Shown piece after piece: positions 54,482 to 56,772 of a stretch of DNA of 56,772 nucleotides (the stretch's first letter is position 1; each line of letters opens with the position of its first letter). A model generated the notes under the pieces. That model made no database searches. It was given only the letters and a program-made list of their open reading frames with translations, and had not been told where the DNA came from. This DNA comes from a virus. Its lineage: Duplodnaviria; Caudoviricetes. A program made the translations under genes and the position numbers. The stretch lies in IMG/VR virus record IMGVR_UViG_3300018432_000006, positions 1 to 56,772 of that record; one strand, 5' to 3'.

Positions 54482-54945
54482 TGGCGGTGAACACGGTCCC
54501 GCGTGACTACGACATCGCGAAGATGCTCGATGACTACGAACGGCGGATCTCGTTCGTCGAGCGGCAGATACGCAACATGGGGTTCCTGCTGCCGACGCCT
54601 GGTGTCCCGTTCGATACGGGGTGGTTGGCGGTGCCGGCTGCTGCGGGGTTCACGTCGTCGCTGGAAGTGCGCCGGCGTGACGGTCGAGCGATGTTGCGGG
54701 GGTCGTTGCTTCCTGTCACGGACTGGGGGGCGGCGAGCAGCCTTCAGCAGCCGGTGGCCGCGGGCGGCATCCCGGTGGGGCTCCGTACGCCGAACAGCCT
54801 GAACTTCGTTGGTGCCACGGGGTCTACCACGGTGACCACGAACTTCCGGGTGCAGGTGCAGAGCAACGGGGGCATCTCGGTTCGCTGTACGACGGCGGCT
54901 CATACCAGTTCGTGCCACGTGAACTTTGGGTACTTCACGAGCTGA
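54481..54945 (+). CDS. Minor tail protein (short fibre/receptor-binding-like)
   Basis: Coiled coil, then DTGW...RR.G...LRG...IP.GLR. Confidence 0.68.
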   Translation: MAVNTVPRDYDIAKMLDDYERRISFVERQIRNMGFLLPTPGVPFDTGWLAVPAAAGFTSSLEVRRRDGRAMLRGSLLPVTDWGAASSLQQPVAAGGIPVGLRTPNSLNFVGATGSTTVTTNFRVQVQSNGGISVRCTTAAHTSSCHVNFGYFTS

Positions 54946-55093
54946 TGTTGTGCCCGCGTTGACCTGGTGTGTCATGGGTCCGTACCCTTGACCTAGGCGC
55001 ACTTCCCCGGGGGAAGGTTCTGACACGCTGAAGCGGCGAGGTCTCGGTGTACCCCTCCCGCGCCCCCCGGGGAGGTGTCCTGTCTCGTGTGAA

Positions 55094-55124
55094 GGCCCCC
55101 CAACCCGTCAAGGGTTGGGGGGCC
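55094..55124. terminator. Hairpin between convergent units
   Basis: GGCCCCCCAACCC / GGGTTGGGGGGCC. Confidence 0.7.
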
Positions 55125-55134
55125 GTGTGCGTTG

Positions 55135-55290
55135 TCAGGCGGGGTGGTTCAGCCTGATGTGCTGGAGTAGTCCCAGCGGCGTGCCGCAGTCTTCGTCGCA
55201 CGCCTCGCAGTAGGTGTTCCGGGGGCGCTTGATCTTGCGTAGGGCGGCGGCGTCCTTCAGTTCCTCTTCGGGGTCTTTCTTCGGTGCCAC
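55135..55290 (-). CDS. Small C2H2 Zn-finger protein
   Basis: GGGAG RBS; CEAC...L.QH....H. Confidence 0.7.
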   Translation of the reverse strand: MAPKKDPEEELKDAAALRKIKRPRNTYCEACDEDCGTPLGLLQHIRLNHPA

Positions 55291-55312
55291 TGCGTCTCCC
55301 GGTGTCCGTGAT

Positions 55313-55356
55313 GTTCTGACATGCGTAACTATACGCTCGTCGGGACGACACCGCAA
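55313..55356 (-). promoter_or_regulatory. Promoter with 17-bp box
   Basis: TTGCGG-17-TATAGT; box at 55313-55329. Confidence 0.8.
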
Positions 55357-55382
55357 ACACGGCGTGCGCCGGCGCCCCAACA

Positions 55383-55586
55383 TCACGGCGACTTGCTGTG
55401 GAAGAAATGCAGGTGAGCCCATGCCGCGCCCAGTGCCGATCGCCACGACAGGTGCCAAGTCCACGCCGATAGCTGGTTCACGCACTGCGGGCGGTGGCAA
55501 TGGTGCTCCCAGTAGCGTCCCGCCCACGGCGTGCCATCCCACGGCGAACGGGCGGGACGGTACAGAACCGTCGTCTTCGCCGTCAT
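55383..55586 (-). CDS. Hypothetical protein
   Basis: ATGA overlap; W..C...C...W..AL..A..H. Confidence 0.6.
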   Translation of the reverse strand: MTAKTTVLYRPARSPWDGTPWAGRYWEHHCHRPQCVNQLSAWTWHLSWRSALGAAWAHLHFFHSKSP

Positions 55587-56437
55587 GCCGACGGGTCCCG
55601 GGGCGTGCTCTGCCCCAGATCCTCCGTCGTGACCACGGTCCCGGGCGCGACGTCGAAGTTCGAGCGGGGTGGGTCCGGGTGCACGTAGCCCTGCACCACG
55701 GTGATGTCGTGGCGCTTGAACGTCACGTGTGGAGGCAGCTCGACGTGTGTCTGTAGTTCGACGTCCCAGCCGCTGCGCACGAGCCGCACCGGGCCATCCG
55801 GCGCAGCTCTCTCCGCGTAGTCGTCGAGGAACCGTGCCATGGCCAGGTTGTGCCGTGCGTCTTCGAGCGCGTTGTGTTCGCCGGCCGCTCGCTTCGGCAT
55901 CTCCGGGTTGCCCAGCCGGTGGCGTTCCTGGCGTAGGTCGTTGGTCCACATCGGGACGCCGTCGGGCAGGTCGATCATCTTGCCCCACAGCCAGCACAGC
56001 GCGACGTGGTCGTAAGCCCCGTACCAGGCCCATAGCTCGACGTCGGGGCCGGCGGCGCGCAGGAAGTCGCGTACCTCGTTCGCGATCACCTGGCGTGGCT
56101 TCACGGTGGTGTCTGTGTGGTCGAGGCGGACGAAGTCGAGCACCGGGCGCGGGGCGAACAGCGGCACGCCTTTCAGGTGCTTGTCGAGATGCTTCCGGTC
56201 TAGCAGCGGTAGGGACGGCACCACGTTCTTCACGAGCCACGGTTCCGCCATGATCCGATCCCATGGCGTCTTTCCGATGTACCCGCCGCGCAGGTCCGGG
56301 TCGTGCTGCGTGGTGTCGTCGAGGTCGCCGTTGACGGCGTAGTACTCGCGTCCGTCGTCGGTCACCATGCCGATGCTGATGAGATCGATGGTGCTGCCGC
56401 TCTCGATGAACTCTGTGTCGTAGAACACGCGGGTCAC
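55583..56437 (-). CDS. RNase AS (Rv2179c)-like DEDDh 3'-5' exoribonuclease
   Basis: FYDTEFIE.G.TIDLISIG.V..DGREYYAV, LWAW..AYDHV.LC.LWG.M..LP, HNAL.DAR. Confidence 0.9.
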   Translation of the reverse strand: MTRVFYDTEFIESGSTIDLISIGMVTDDGREYYAVNGDLDDTTQHDPDLRGGYIGKTPWDRIMAEPWLVKNVVPSLPLLDRKHLDKHLKGVPLFAPRPVLDFVRLDHTDTTVKPRQVIANEVRDFLRAAGPDVELWAWYGAYDHVALCWLWGKMIDLPDGVPMWTNDLRQERHRLGNPEMPKRAAGEHNALEDARHNLAMARFLDDYAERAAPDGPVRLVRSGWDVELQTHVELPPHVTFKRHDITVVQGYVHPDPPRSNFDVAPGTVVTTEDLGQSTPRDPSA

Positions 56438-56772
56438 GGCTGCTCTCCCTCGAACTCGTGTCGGCGGTCGATGTCGTTCCACTCCGGCCACGTCGAGCGG
56501 GGCGTCAGCGCGATCATGCCCTGTGCGAGCACGGCGCCCAACGCGCGCTTGACGAGCACACCGGTGCGCTGCGCCGGCGTTCCCTTGAACCCGATGGCGA
56601 CGTCGTCGGCGGCGAACCGAGCCACGCGCAGCGCCTGGTCGAAGTCATCCTGCGTCGACGCCGGCAGCGCGCGCACCGTGTTCGTCAGCTCGGTAGTGGA
56701 TGCGCTGGCGTCCCGGAGCACCCCGAACACGTGCAAGGTGTGGGACTCGCCCAGGTCGAACCGGAGTTTGCA
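56434..56772 (-). CDS. Hypothetical protein, 3' part of the junction-spanning gene
   Basis: In frame with 255->1 through the terminal repeat. Confidence 0.75.
   Translation of the reverse strand, partial: CKLRFDLGESHTLHVFGVLRDASASTTELTNTVRALPASTQDDFDQALRVARFAADDVAIGFKGTPAQRTGVLVKRALGAVLAQGMIALTPRSTWPEWNDIDRRHEFEGEQP
56650..56772. repeat. Terminal direct repeat copy 2
   Basis: Identical to 1-123. Confidence 0.97.

Noticed and set aside
55017-55030. Partial boxes at 55017 and about 34236
   Set aside because: Only the TGTCAGAA core matches, with no properly spaced promoter
1-56772. Very frequent GTCGAC/TCGA
   Set aside because: Explained by GTC-GAC and similar codon pairs in high-GC actinobacterial coding DNA; enrichment cannot be shown without a null model
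1-56772. tRNA genes, DGR/retron reverse transcriptase, introns/inteins, stop-codon recoding
   Set aside because: No cloverleaf, RT motifs or interrupted core genes seen; standard-code ORFs tile the genome with all three stop codons

Overview
The window is an apparently complete, circular, high-GC actinobacterial siphophage genome of about 56.65 kb. Bases 1-123 repeat exactly at 56650-56772 and one ORF reads through the junction. Its modules are: a leftward accessory operon (RNase AS-like, SAM methyltransferase, HIT); a replication initiator with internal iterons; small early cassettes; DnaQ exonuclease; RecE/ERF recombination; a dispersed holin and endolysin; terminase; and a Cys-rich head-tail module resembling mycobacteriophage cluster B. 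I found no integrase, ParA, DNA polymerase, tRNA or CRISPR array. Five things stand out. (1) A candidate virion-glycosylation system: a GT4 glycosyltransferase inside the head operon, a Stealth-like sugar-phosphotransferase heading the terminase operon, a pyruvyltransferase and a methyltransferase, plus a shared acidic D/E-S-P motif in at least four virion proteins. (2) Very Cys-rich virion proteins together with a membrane CPWC (DUF1360-like) protein, possibly a phage disulfide pathway. (3) An actinomycete TraB/FtsK-like translocase and a Spd/DUF2637-like protein in an integrase-free phage. (4) A 17-bp box (GTTRCGCAYGTCAGAAC) over the start of about 13 sigma-A-type promoters. (5) A local GGTT/AACC repeat island beside the putative origin. 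All family calls come from motif recognition by eye, not database searches, and many start codons were re-picked from RBS and stop/start overlap evidence.
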